64,000 bases of DNA from an uncultured Candidatus Saccharibacteria bacterium (GTDB lineage: Bacteria > Patescibacteriota > Minisyncoccia > UBA6257 > 2-01-FULL-56-20), in the NCBI GenBank assembly GCA_964387675.1, contig CAYLWL010000002.1, positions 22,514 to 86,513 of the forward strand, read 5' to 3'. The number at the start of each line of letters is the position of its first letter. Position 1 is the first letter of the stretch. The notes beneath the pieces are model-generated. The model had not been told where the DNA came from. It did no database searches and worked only from the letters and a program-made list of their open reading frames with translations. Below are positions 54,986 through 63,765 of this stretch, one piece after another. Position numbers and translations under genes: made by a program.

Positions 54986-55106
54986 CAAAACTTATGAGGA
55001 GAGAATTGATAAATTAGGGAGTTGCTTTTTCTCGGTTTTTTGGTATTATCTTTTTAGCCAAAGACGCCTTGCAAGCGCGCTTTTTTCTCAACAAAAGAGG
55101 TGGCGA

Positions 55107-55751
55107 ATGATCCAGGGTCTTCCTGCGCCACGGGTGATTATCTGCGATATGGGGAATGTTCTCGTGAACGTAACTCCTCCGGATCAAACCGCTTTTTTTG
55201 CCAAGTGCGCCGTTTCGGCCGAAGAGATCAAAAGGTTTTTTACCGCCGATGAAGAGTTTTTCGAGTACGAGCGAGGGCATACTCCAAGGGAGAGATTTTT
55301 CGAGATCGTTCAAGAGAAACTCGGATACCGCGGGGATTTTCGGCAATGGGTCGATGATTTCTGCGACATCTTCAGCTTGAACCGAGAAGTGTACGACTTG
55401 CTTTTGGGAGACGTGAAAATCAATAACCAAGTGGAGATTTGGCTATTGTCGAACCTGAACGAGCTTCACTACGAGTTCCTGTTAAAGCGCTGGCCAGGAG
55501 TTTTCTCGAGTTGTCGAAGGGTTTTTCTTTCTTTCGAGCTTGGGATGAGAAAGCCGGAACCGGCGATTTGGGAATTGATTTTGCGAACCGAGGGCGCCAA
55601 GAGAGAGCGGTGTCTGCTGATAGATGACCTGGAAGCGAACTGCCGCGGCGCGTTCGATGCCGGCATGTCAAGCGTCATGTTCCTCGGCATCCTCAAATTG
55701 CGCGAACAGCTTGAGAAATTCGGACTCAATCTTGAAAACCGCGAGGAATAG
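55107..55751 (+). CDS. HAD-superfamily hydrolase-like protein (variant motif I)
   Basis: VIICDMGNVLV (DxG variant of DxD motif I), LIDDLEANCRGAFDAGMSSVMF (motifs III/IV). Confidence 0.5.
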   Translation: MIQGLPAPRVIICDMGNVLVNVTPPDQTAFFAKCAVSAEEIKRFFTADEEFFEYERGHTPRERFFEIVQEKLGYRGDFRQWVDDFCDIFSLNREVYDLLLGDVKINNQVEIWLLSNLNELHYEFLLKRWPGVFSSCRRVFLSFELGMRKPEPAIWELILRTEGAKRERCLLIDDLEANCRGAFDAGMSSVMFLGILKLREQLEKFGLNLENREE

Positions 55752-55765
55752 AAAGGGCAACTGCT

Positions 55766-55797
55766 CCGGGCTTTCGACCCGGAGCTTTCTTTTTTCA
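55766..55797 (+). terminator. rho-independent terminator after HAD-like gene
   Basis: ccgggctttcgacccgg followed by agctttcttttttc. Confidence 0.65.
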
Positions 55798-55806
55798 ATC
55801 AATTTA

Positions 55807-56082
55807 TTCTAGAACCCATCTCAAAATACCGCGAGCCGCGATAGAGGCCAATGTCCGCGAGGCCGCGGAGCGAGGACGAAGGTGTACCTTGTGGTACTCC
55901 GAGTCCGAAGCGACAATGGCCTAGTGGAAATTGGTCCTATCCCGAAGGGTTTTCGCTATTTTCTCCGCCCGCTGCGTTACGGCTCGGTCGCGGTGCATAA
56001 AGCACGGCTCTCTCGCCAAGCCTTGCGGATCGGAGAAAATAGCTGAAAACGCGACTTCGTGGTATTTTGAGATGGGTTCTAG
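55807..56082. mobile_element. 276-bp non-coding MITE-like element with 22-bp perfect terminal inverted repeats, next to tRNA-Ile
   Basis: tctagaacccatctcaaaatacc (55808-55830) / ggtattttgagatgggttctag (56061-56082). Nested IR cgctattttctcc/ggagaaaatagc inside. No ORF. Confidence 0.55.
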
Positions 56083-56105
56083 TAAGGAACGGAAGCAAAG
56101 TTTTT

Positions 56106-56177
56106 GGGTGTGTAGTTCAGTGGTAGAACGCTGTCCTGATAAGACAGAGGTCGATGGTTCGATTCCATCCACACCCA
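56106..56177 (+). tRNA. tRNA-Ile (anticodon GAT)
   Basis: GGGTGTG TA GTTC AGTGGTA GAAC G CTGTC CTGATAA GACAG AGGTC GATGG TTCGATT CCATC CACACCC A. Confidence 0.85.
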
Positions 56178-56224
56178 CAAAATCAAACCCAAATTTTACT
56201 GCGGGGCGCAATAATAACGAGGAG

Positions 56225-56698
56225 ATGAAAAAATACATAAATTGGTTTTGGAGATGGTACGAAGGCAACTTGCGTCTCAATATCGGGATTGCCGCCGGTA
56301 TTTTTGTGTGGCAGTTGATACATTTGTTCTGGCTCACTCTCGACGTCGTCACCGCGCGATTATTTTCAGTCGCGCTTTTCCACATAACGGGAGTATTGCA
56401 ATACGCGATTATTGCCGTTGATTATGCGGAGATGCCGGCAATCATTACCGTGTCGCTGGTGTATATAAACGAACTGCGGAAAGGTAAAGACGTAAAAAGA
56501 AATATATTATTTCTCGTTCTTCTCAATTCCCAGTGGCTTCACTTGTTTTGGATAACAGACGAGTTTGTGCTGGAGATTTTGAGGGGCGGCGGAGCTGTTT
56601 TGCCGTTGTGGCTGGCGTGGATCGCGATACTGATAGATTACCTTGAACTGCCGGTGATTTACGACACGATAAGGAAGCTTCTTAAGTCCCGCGGTTAA
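56225..56698 (+). CDS. hypothetical polytopic membrane protein
   Basis: 157 aa from MKKYINWFWRWY, Trp-rich, 4 TM helices. The upstream part of the tracked ORF overlaps tRNA-Ile and is rejected. Confidence 0.4.
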   Translation: MKKYINWFWRWYEGNLRLNIGIAAGIFVWQLIHLFWLTLDVVTARLFSVALFHITGVLQYAIIAVDYAEMPAIITVSLVYINELRKGKDVKRNILFLVLLNSQWLHLFWITDEFVLEILRGGGAVLPLWLAWIAILIDYLELPVIYDTIRKLLKSRG

Positions 56699-56772
56699 GT
56701 TTTACGTTTGCGTAATTTGAGAGAGGGTTTATACTATAAAGTAGCTATCTTAAGTATTCAACGGGGGGTTGT

Positions 56773-57732
56773 ATGAGGGGATTGATCCTGCTTGTCGCCT
56801 TGTTTCTATCCGCGTTCTTTCCAGGCCCGATCCTGGCGCAGCAGCCCTTCAAATCTAGTGTCGATTTGGTGGTTTTAAACGTAACCGTGATAGACGGCAG
56901 CGCGAGAGGAGACAAGCCGCGTTTTGTGCGGGGACTCGCCGAGAAAGATTTTGTTGTCTACGAAAACGGCATCGGACAAGACATTGCGTTTTTCACGCAA
57001 AGCGACGTGCCGATCGAAATCGCGCTTATCATAGATACGAGCGCGAGCATGACAGATAAAATGCAGATGGCGAAAGAGGCCGCCATCGGCTTCATTCGCA
57101 ATTTACGACCGCAGGACTCCGCCGAAATTTTGGGATGTGACGCGAGAATCAGAATATTCCAAACATTTACGAACGACAAAGACAAACTCGAAAAGTCCAT
57201 CGAGCTGATTTCTGCCGGAGGATCGACTTCTTTATATAACGCCATCTACGTCGCGGTGAATGAGTTCAAGAAAAATCGGGGGTCTTCGAACGATATTCGC
57301 CGCCAGGCCATTGTTGTTTTGTCCGACGGAGAAGACACCTCGAGTCTCATTACGTTTGATGAGTCCCTCCAAACGGCGCAAAAAGCGAATATCGCGATAT
57401 ACGCGATTTCGTTGAAATCTGGGCCCATTACTACCACCAGCCGCCGTTATTTCAATCAATCGGATTTTGTGATGACCCGATTCGCGAGCGAAACCGGCGG
57501 ACGCTCGATTTCCGCGATCCGCCCGGAAGACCTGCGTGATATTTACAGCAACATCCTCGACGAGATCATGAGCCAGTACACGATCGGTTACGAATCCAGC
57601 AACAAAATTGCCGACGGTAAATGGCGCGCGGTCATTGTCCAGGCCCTGAAGCCGAACGTAACCGTTCGCACGAGAAAAGGGTACGAAGGGCCGACACCGT
57701 CCGGTGTTCGCGACAAAGAGAAAAGTAAATAA
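56773..57732 (+). CDS. secreted von Willebrand factor type A domain protein (VWFA-related, TIGR03436-like N-terminus)
   Basis: Signal peptide. VDLVVLNVTVIDGSARGDKPRFVRGLAEKDFVVYENGIGQDIAFF. MIDAS DTSASM...S...T, VVLSDGEDTSS. Confidence 0.7.
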   Translation: MRGLILLVALFLSAFFPGPILAQQPFKSSVDLVVLNVTVIDGSARGDKPRFVRGLAEKDFVVYENGIGQDIAFFTQSDVPIEIALIIDTSASMTDKMQMAKEAAIGFIRNLRPQDSAEILGCDARIRIFQTFTNDKDKLEKSIELISAGGSTSLYNAIYVAVNEFKKNRGSSNDIRRQAIVVLSDGEDTSSLITFDESLQTAQKANIAIYAISLKSGPITTTSRRYFNQSDFVMTRFASETGGRSISAIRPEDLRDIYSNILDEIMSQYTIGYESSNKIADGKWRAVIVQALKPNVTVRTRKGYEGPTPSGVRDKEKSK

Positions 57733-58158
57733 CAATTGGGCAGAGTATAGCGCCTCTATACACCGCCCAGTTTTTTTGAGCCAATTTAATAACCGAATAA
57801 CCGACACGCAACACGTGAACAACCTGTGCATATCTCGCAGGCCTTTTTTATTTTTATGCTGAAAAATCAATGCTTTCCGGGCCGCAAAAAGCCAAAACTC
57901 CGGCTTTTTGACGGCATAATGCGGTGGTGTAGTATTAAATGTAAGTGGTGGGTTGTGGATAACTATGGGGATAAACCACTGTTTCTGGGGATAACTCGCT
58001 CGCACCTTTACTTTTAGGAACCGGCGTCCAATTTGCTCCAGCGGCAAATTGTCGCCTGCATCTCGCTCTTGCGGCTCCGACCGCGGTCGGAGACCAAGCC
58101 CGCAAGAGCTCCGATAGCTTCCTAAAAGCAAAGCTGCTCGCTTTAGAGAAAACAAACA

Positions 58159-58590
58159 ATGCTATTGGGCGAATATCAACACAATTTAGACAACAAAGGT
58201 CGAGTGGCGATCCCGGCGAAGTTCAAAGATCGGCTCGCACCGGGGGCTATTATCACGCGCGGTTTAGACAACTGCCTTTTCGTTTTTGCGAGCAAGGAGT
58301 GGGAGGCGTTGGCCCAAAAATTGGTGGCATTGCCCCTCGCTCAGGCCAATTCGCGCGCCTTCGTGCGTTTGATGCTTGCCGGAGCGTGCGACGTCAATCT
58401 CGACAATCAATCGAGGATTCTGATTCCCGATTATTTGAGACAATACGCCGGACTCGAGAAGTCGCTCACCATCGCCGGCTTGTATAATCGGGTGGAAATT
58501 TGGGATTCGTTCCGCTGGGCCGAGTACAAGAAAAAAACGGAAGGAGCATCGGAGGAAATAGCGGAGAAGCTCGGCGAACTCGGAATTTAG
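58159..58590 (+). CDS. mraZ: transcriptional regulator MraZ
   Basis: MLLGEYQHNLDNKGRVAIPAKFKDRL; duplicated DXXXR MraZ halves. Confidence 0.85.
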   Translation: MLLGEYQHNLDNKGRVAIPAKFKDRLAPGAIITRGLDNCLFVFASKEWEALAQKLVALPLAQANSRAFVRLMLAGACDVNLDNQSRILIPDYLRQYAGLEKSLTIAGLYNRVEIWDSFRWAEYKKKTEGASEEIAEKLGELGI

Positions 58591-58668
58591 TATCAAGTGT
58601 CAAGTATCACGTATCAAGCGGTAAAAAATCTTGACACATGACACCTGATACATGACACATCAACCCGT
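58591..58668. repeat. GTGTCA/TGACAC-family inverted-repeat hairpin between mraZ and rsmH
   Basis: tatcaagtgtcaagtatcacgtatcaag...cttgacacatgacacctgatacatgacacatca. The right arm encodes MTHQ of RsmH. Confidence 0.7.
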
Positions 58669-59566
58669 TCTCTTAAAAGAAGTCATAGAAGTTTTACATC
58701 CTCGTCCGGGTTCGTTTGTGATCGATGGCACGATAGACGGCGGAGGGCACGCGGCCGCAATCCTTGAAAGAATTGTGCCGGGCGGCAGATTCTTGGGAGT
58801 AGATTGGGATGGTGAAGCCGTGAAAGAAACCAAAAGAAGAATTGCGGCAATTCCTAATCACCAATTTCTAATTTCTAAACCTCTTTTGGTTCATGGAAAT
58901 TACGCCGACCTCCCCGCGATTTTGAAAAAGAAGGGGATGGGAAAGGCCGACGGTTTGCTTCTTGATCTCGGTTTCTCTTCGGAACAGCTGGAGTCCGCCG
59001 GTGGCCGGATGGGGAAGGGATTCAGCTTCGCGAAAAAAGACGAGCCGTTGCTCATGACATACGACGCGGAACGCAAGCCGGTGAAAAAGCTCCTTCGGGA
59101 ACTGAGCGTTCGGGAGCTCGCGCGCATCATTCACGACTTGAGCGGAGAAAGATTTGCCATGCGCGTTGCCGAAGCGATCAAGGAGAAGATGAAGGCAAAA
59201 CCGATCGAAACCACCCGAGATCTCCGAGACATCGTGCACGCCGCTGTTCCAAGAAATTACGAGCACGGACGAATCGACCCGGCCACCCGTACGTTCCAGG
59301 CCTTGAGAATCTACGCGAACGATGAGCTTGGAAATCTCAGAAAACTTATTGACCGTCTTCCCGAGATACTGAAGCCCGGCGGACGCGCGGCAATCATAAG
59401 TTTCCACTCTCTGGAAGATAAGATCGTGAAGGACTTATTTCGGGATTTTGCCAAGAGGGGAATCGTGGAGATTTTGACCAAAAAGCCAATCGTCCCGTCG
59501 CGAGAAGAGATTTACTCCAATCGCCGGAGCCGGTCGGCCAAATTGAGAGCGGCGCAGTTAGTTTAG
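58652..59566 (+). CDS. rsmH: 16S rRNA (cytosine1402-N4)-methyltransferase
   Basis: HQPVLLKEVIEVL, VIDGTIDGGGHAAAIL, SAM-MTase motifs. Confidence 0.85.
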   Translation: MTHQPVLLKEVIEVLHPRPGSFVIDGTIDGGGHAAAILERIVPGGRFLGVDWDGEAVKETKRRIAAIPNHQFLISKPLLVHGNYADLPAILKKKGMGKADGLLLDLGFSSEQLESAGGRMGKGFSFAKKDEPLLMTYDAERKPVKKLLRELSVRELARIIHDLSGERFAMRVAEAIKEKMKAKPIETTRDLRDIVHAAVPRNYEHGRIDPATRTFQALRIYANDELGNLRKLIDRLPEILKPGGRAAIISFHSLEDKIVKDLFRDFAKRGIVEILTKKPIVPSREEIYSNRRSRSAKLRAAQLV

Positions 59567-59665
59567 TTAGAAATGAGAAATGAGACATGAGACATGAGGA
59601 GCAAGAAACGAGACGTTGGCGATGCTGAACGACCTAATTTCTCATTTCTAATATCTCATCTCTAT
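59567..59665. repeat. ATGAGA-family ORF-less hairpin element between rsmH and ftsL
   Basis: ttagaaatgagaaatgagacatgagacatgagg...gaacgacctaatttctcatttctaatatctcatctcta. Confidence 0.75.
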
Positions 59666-59670
59666 TTATT

Positions 59671-59982
59671 ATGACTTTTATCCAACCCAACAAAAATAGC
59701 AATATCATCAATATCACGGTCTTGTTTTTTCTTTCGGCATTGCTCATTGCGGGCGCCATTCTTTTGGTTATTCTTTATAATAGATTCGTGAATTTCGAAC
59801 ACGGAGTTTCAGGCATCAAACTTCAACTGAAAGAAATTCAAGCTCAAAATGTGGAAATTGAAGATAAGATTTTCACGCTGATTGACTCGTCGAAATCGGA
59901 AAGTGTGTCGCTCGGAAAACTGATCCCCGATAAAAACCCTAAATACTTCGAAGCAAAATGGTCATACGCCTCTCAATACTGA
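59671..59982 (+). CDS. ftsL: cell division protein FtsL-like
   Basis: 103 aa, single TM (ITVLFFLSALLIAGAILLVIL) then coiled coil. Sits between rsmH and ftsI. Confidence 0.5.
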   Translation: MTFIQPNKNSNIINITVLFFLSALLIAGAILLVILYNRFVNFEHGVSGIKLQLKEIQAQNVEIEDKIFTLIDSSKSESVSLGKLIPDKNPKYFEAKWSYASQY

Positions 59983-61607
59983 CGATTTGTCTCGCGCTGG
60001 CATATTCGTTTTTGCTTTTTCATTTATACGATCTGCAAATCGTAAAAGGCGGTTACTATTTGGCTCGATCCGGCGCGGAATACCTTGCCCAGGAGTATCT
60101 CGACGCGAACCGCGGAGCGATATATTTTACCGGCAGGAACGGAAGTTTTTTGCCCGCCGTTTTGAACAAGGACTTCCCGATCGTCTACGCCGTTCCGAAA
60201 GAGATCGAGGATGTTTCGGAGGCGGCTCACGCGCTTGCTCCCATTCTTGAAAGGCCCGCGGAGGAATTAAAAACCCTTTTTTCGAAAAAGAACGATCTGT
60301 ACGAAATGCTGGTGAAAAAAGCCGACCCGGCTCTTGCGAGCCAAATTGCCGACTTAAAAATAAAAGGCATCTCCGTTGACAAGCAAGCAGGCCGTTTTTA
60401 TCCGCTTGGCTCCTTGGCCTCCCATGCTCTCGGTTTTGTCGGACCCACGGCTCAAAGCGCGGCAGATGCCGGGCACTATGGACTCGAGGAGTTTTATAAT
60501 AAAGACCTGAGTGGCGAAAGAGGCTCGGTGTCGGGATCGAAAATCAAGAAAACTGTTCCGGGAAAAGACGTGGTGACCACGCTCGATCCCAATATTCAAA
60601 TCGAGGCAGAGAGGATTTTGGAAAATCTTGTAAAAACCTATAAGGCGCGGGGCGGGAGCGTGATCGTGGAAGATCCGCGCACGGGAAGAATTTTGGCGAT
60701 GGGGTCATATCCCGATTTCGATCCGAATCAGTACGGCGAGTTCCCGATTGCTTCTTTTTTAAACCCGAACGTCCAGCAAGTCTACGAACCCGGTTCCGTT
60801 TTTAAGGCGATCACCATGGCCACGGGCATCGATTCGGGAAAGATCACGCCCGACACCACGTATTACGATACGGGCACGCTCACCATAAACGGCCGAACGA
60901 TTTCGAACTACGATCTCAAAAAACACGGACCCTACGGAAAGGCGACGATGACCAACGTGATTGAGCATTCGATCAACACCGGCGCCGTTTTTGCCGAGCG
61001 GCAAATCGGCAGAGAAATTTTCACCGCGTACCTCAAGGATTTCGGATTTTCGGAAAAAACGGGGATTGATTTGCCCGGCGAACTCAAAGGAGACCTGCGG
61101 CGGCTGAATCCCAAAGAACGGGACGTGGCTTTTGCTACGGCTTCGTATGGGCAGGGAGTTGCCGTTACCCCCATAGAGCTCATCACCGCCATGGCGGCGC
61201 TTGCGAATGGCGGGAACTTGATGAGGCCGTATCTTAACGCCGAGCTTGAGCCGCGGATTATACGGAGGGTGGTGAGCGAAGAAACGGCGAGGCAAGTGAC
61301 CAATATGATGATTTCAGCGGTGGATAACGCGGAAATAGCGAAGATCAACGGCTTCACGATCGCCGGCAAAACCGGCACTGCCTATGTTCCGGATTTCAAA
61401 AAAGGAGGGTACACTGATAACGTGATCAATACCTACGTCGGTTTCGGCCCCGCGAGCGACCCGAAGTTTATTGCTTTGATCAAACTGAATGAGCCGCAAG
61501 GAGCCCCCGTCGCGGGACTTTCCGTCGTGCCCGCCTTCCGCGACCTCGCTCAATTTATTTTGAATTATTACCGTGTATCACCCGACAGATTGGAAACTAG
61601 AAACTAA
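59958..61607 (+). CDS. ftsI: peptidoglycan D,D-transpeptidase FtsI (PBP3-like)
   Basis: SVFKAITMATGI (SxxK), HSINTGAVF (SxN), GKTGTAYV (KTG). Confidence 0.8.
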   Translation: MVIRLSILTICLALAYSFLLFHLYDLQIVKGGYYLARSGAEYLAQEYLDANRGAIYFTGRNGSFLPAVLNKDFPIVYAVPKEIEDVSEAAHALAPILERPAEELKTLFSKKNDLYEMLVKKADPALASQIADLKIKGISVDKQAGRFYPLGSLASHALGFVGPTAQSAADAGHYGLEEFYNKDLSGERGSVSGSKIKKTVPGKDVVTTLDPNIQIEAERILENLVKTYKARGGSVIVEDPRTGRILAMGSYPDFDPNQYGEFPIASFLNPNVQQVYEPGSVFKAITMATGIDSGKITPDTTYYDTGTLTINGRTISNYDLKKHGPYGKATMTNVIEHSINTGAVFAERQIGREIFTAYLKDFGFSEKTGIDLPGELKGDLRRLNPKERDVAFATASYGQGVAVTPIELITAMAALANGGNLMRPYLNAELEPRIIRRVVSEETARQVTNMMISAVDNAEIAKINGFTIAGKTGTAYVPDFKKGGYTDNVINTYVGFGPASDPKFIALIKLNEPQGAPVAGLSVVPAFRDLAQFILNYYRVSPDRLETRN

Positions 61608-61609
61608 GG

Positions 61610-61646
61610 ATCAGTAATCAGTCATTAGTCATCAGTAATCAGTATA
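61610..61646. repeat. CAGTAATCAGT-type tandem repeat
   Basis: tcagtaatcagtcattagtcatcagtaatcagtat, immediately upstream of murF. Confidence 0.6.
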
Positions 61647-62945
61647 ATGAACTTTTTTACAAAAACTTTGCGGTGGATGGTCAAGCGCTTGGCCCAGCTT
61701 GCGGTCTGGCGCTATCGGCCGGGAATCATCGGCATCACCGGAAGCGTGGGGAAGACCTCCACAAAGCTCGCCGTGCAGGCGGTGCTCGGCGGAGAGCGGA
61801 GAGTCAGGGCTTCGGCCGGGAACCTGAACAGCGACCTGGGCCTCCCGCTCACTATTTTGGGTGACTGGAGCGAAAAAGAGCTTGCGCTCGTGAGTCGCGA
61901 TCAACCGCCGCACACGGCGAGGATCAGGAAGCTGTTCTTTTGGGCAAAAGTGATACTCTCTTCTTTCTGGAGAGTTCTCTTTGCCGCGAGATCGAGCTAC
62001 CCTGATATTCTGGTGTTGGAATACGGCGCGGATAGACCGGGGGATTTGAAGTACTTGCTCGGCATCGCGCGGCCCAATATAAGCGTCATTACCGCGATAG
62101 GCGACATACCGGTTCATGTGGAGTTTTTCGCCGGACCGGACGACGTGGCTCGCGAGAAGGCGCGACTTATCGAATATCTGCCGTCGGCGGGCTTCGCGGT
62201 CTTAAACCGCGACGATGATTCGGTGATGAACCTGAAAGACAGGACGCGGGCGCACGTGATCACGTTCGGTTTCGCCTCCGATGCCGACGTGCGCATTTCA
62301 CGGTTTGAGAATCGCACAGAAGGAGACGTGCCGGCGGGAATTTCTTTTAAGCTGGAATACGGAGGGAGTTTGGTGCCGGTGCGGCTTGACGGTGTCTTCG
62401 GCAAGGCCCAAAGTTACGCGTCCGCCGCGGCCGCGGCGATCGGTTTGGTGTTTGGGTTAAATCTGGTGAAAATTTCGGAGGCATTGAAGAAATACGTGCC
62501 GGCGGATTCGAGAATGAAACTTGTGCCCGGCATCAAGCACACCCATCTCATTGATGATTCGTACAACGCGAGCCCCTTATCGATGCACGCGGCGCTCGAT
62601 ACGCTCAAAAGTTTGCCTGCCAAGCGCAAAATGGCCGTGTTGGGAGATATGCTTGAGATAGGAAAGTACGCGATTGAAGCCCATGAACGCGCGGGCCGCC
62701 TGGCCGGAAAATTCTTGGATGTTCTGATTACGGTCGGGCCCCGGGCGAAGTTTATCGCGGAGGAAGCGCGCAAATCCGGCATGAGGAGAAACAAAATCTA
62801 TTCGTTCGACACCGCGGATGCCGCCAAACGAGAAGTGCAAAACTTGATGAAAAAAGGCGATCTTGTTTTAATCAAGGGGTCGCACGCGATGGAACTCAAT
62901 AAGGTGGTGGAGGAAGTAAAACAGTATCTAGTATCTAGTATCTAG
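61647..62945 (+). CDS. murF: UDP-N-acetylmuramoyl-tripeptide--D-alanyl-D-alanine ligase
   Basis: IIGITGSVGKTSTK, NLNSDLGLPLTIL (MurF signature). murE is not present between ftsI and murF. Confidence 0.8.
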   Translation: MNFFTKTLRWMVKRLAQLAVWRYRPGIIGITGSVGKTSTKLAVQAVLGGERRVRASAGNLNSDLGLPLTILGDWSEKELALVSRDQPPHTARIRKLFFWAKVILSSFWRVLFAARSSYPDILVLEYGADRPGDLKYLLGIARPNISVITAIGDIPVHVEFFAGPDDVAREKARLIEYLPSAGFAVLNRDDDSVMNLKDRTRAHVITFGFASDADVRISRFENRTEGDVPAGISFKLEYGGSLVPVRLDGVFGKAQSYASAAAAAIGLVFGLNLVKISEALKKYVPADSRMKLVPGIKHTHLIDDSYNASPLSMHAALDTLKSLPAKRKMAVLGDMLEIGKYAIEAHERAGRLAGKFLDVLITVGPRAKFIAEEARKSGMRRNKIYSFDTADAAKREVQNLMKKGDLVLIKGSHAMELNKVVEEVKQYLVSSI

Positions 62946-63003
62946 TATCTAGAAACTAGAATCTAGAATTTCGGTCATTTTAACTACTAAATTCTAGATT
63001 CTG
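62924..63003. repeat. TAGAA/CTAGTAT-family repeat cluster; first units encode MurF C-terminus
   Basis: cagtatctagtatctagtatctagtatctagaaactagaatctagaatttcgg...aaattctagattctg. Translates to ...KQYLVSSI*. Confidence 0.7.
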
Positions 63004-63044
63004 CGATGATGGCCTATCGTTCCCGATTTATACAAAAATTTGTT

Positions 63045-63122
63045 GCCCCTATCGTCTAGCCTGGTCTAGGACACATGGTTCTCAGCCATGGAACTGGGGT
63101 TCGAATCCCCATGGGGGCACCA
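63045..63122 (+). tRNA. tRNA-Glu (anticodon CTC), CCA encoded
   Basis: GCCCCTATCGTCTAGCCTGGTCTAGGACACATGGTTCTCAGCCATGGAACTGGGGTTCGAATCCCCATGGGGGCACCA. Confidence 0.8.
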
Positions 63123-63182
63123 AATTTTTGTAAATAAATCGAGGATCCTCGATTTTGTACAGTGTTTCACGCTAACAAAATC

Positions 63183-63236
63183 GGGAGACGTATGGTTCTT
63201 ATCCATGTAACTCGGGTTCAAATCCCAACGAGAGCA
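63183..63236 (+). pseudogene. degenerate partial copy of the 3' two-thirds of tRNA-Glu (tRNA pseudogene fragment)
   Basis: GGGAGACGTATGGTTCTTATCCATGTAACTCGGGTTCAAATCCCAACGAGAGCA aligns to the tRNA-Glu anticodon and T arms. No complementary 5' acceptor strand. Confidence 0.45.
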
Positions 63237-63324
63237 ACAATTTTTATACGGGGTCAACGCCGGAACAGGGATTCTCGACAAATCAACTTTAAAAGTCGAT
63301 AACTATGATACAATAAAGAATACA

Positions 63325-63555
63325 ATGCACGAGAATTTGAGGAAATACGAACACGGGCAGGTTTCGTTTTTGCCGGAAGATGAAAAAAGGGTTCGCGACA
63401 AGGCCCTTGCGGAGGGCAAAAATCCCGATGAAGCGGTAAAGGTGGAAAGAGAGAAAATGGCTCGCGCCACCGAGCGAATTCAAGAAGCCCACAAAGAGGC
63501 CCAGCCGCGAAAGGCGAGAGTTTTACTGGGGAATTTCGAGCAGAAAGAGAAATAA
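63325..63555 (+). CDS. hypothetical small charged protein
   Basis: 76-aa Lys/Glu-rich ORF. Confidence 0.3.
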   Translation: MHENLRKYEHGQVSFLPEDEKRVRDKALAEGKNPDEAVKVEREKMARATERIQEAHKEAQPRKARVLLGNFEQKEK

Positions 63556-63765
63556 GGGGAAGCCACGGGTGTGCATAACCTCGACGCCCCGGAGTATTCT
63601 CCGCGATACCATGCCTCGTTGGCGGTGTTTTTTGTCAATGAAATCATTGTTTCACGGCTGGAATCGGATTCGTCGAAGGACAATCAGGACGCGTAGTTGA
63701 CGGCTAATCCTCGAGTTTTATCATTAAGAGTAGACACGTTTTTACATACGAATAAGGAGATGCAA

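Noticed and set aside
55931-56224. N-terminal 98 codons of the tracked 55931-56698 ORF
   Set aside because: Overlaps the MITE-like element and tRNA-Ile; hydrophobic conserved-looking part begins at ATG 56225.
57232-58155. 307-aa minus-strand ORF
   Set aside because: Antisense to the VWA-domain gene and runs into non-coding upstream region of mraZ.
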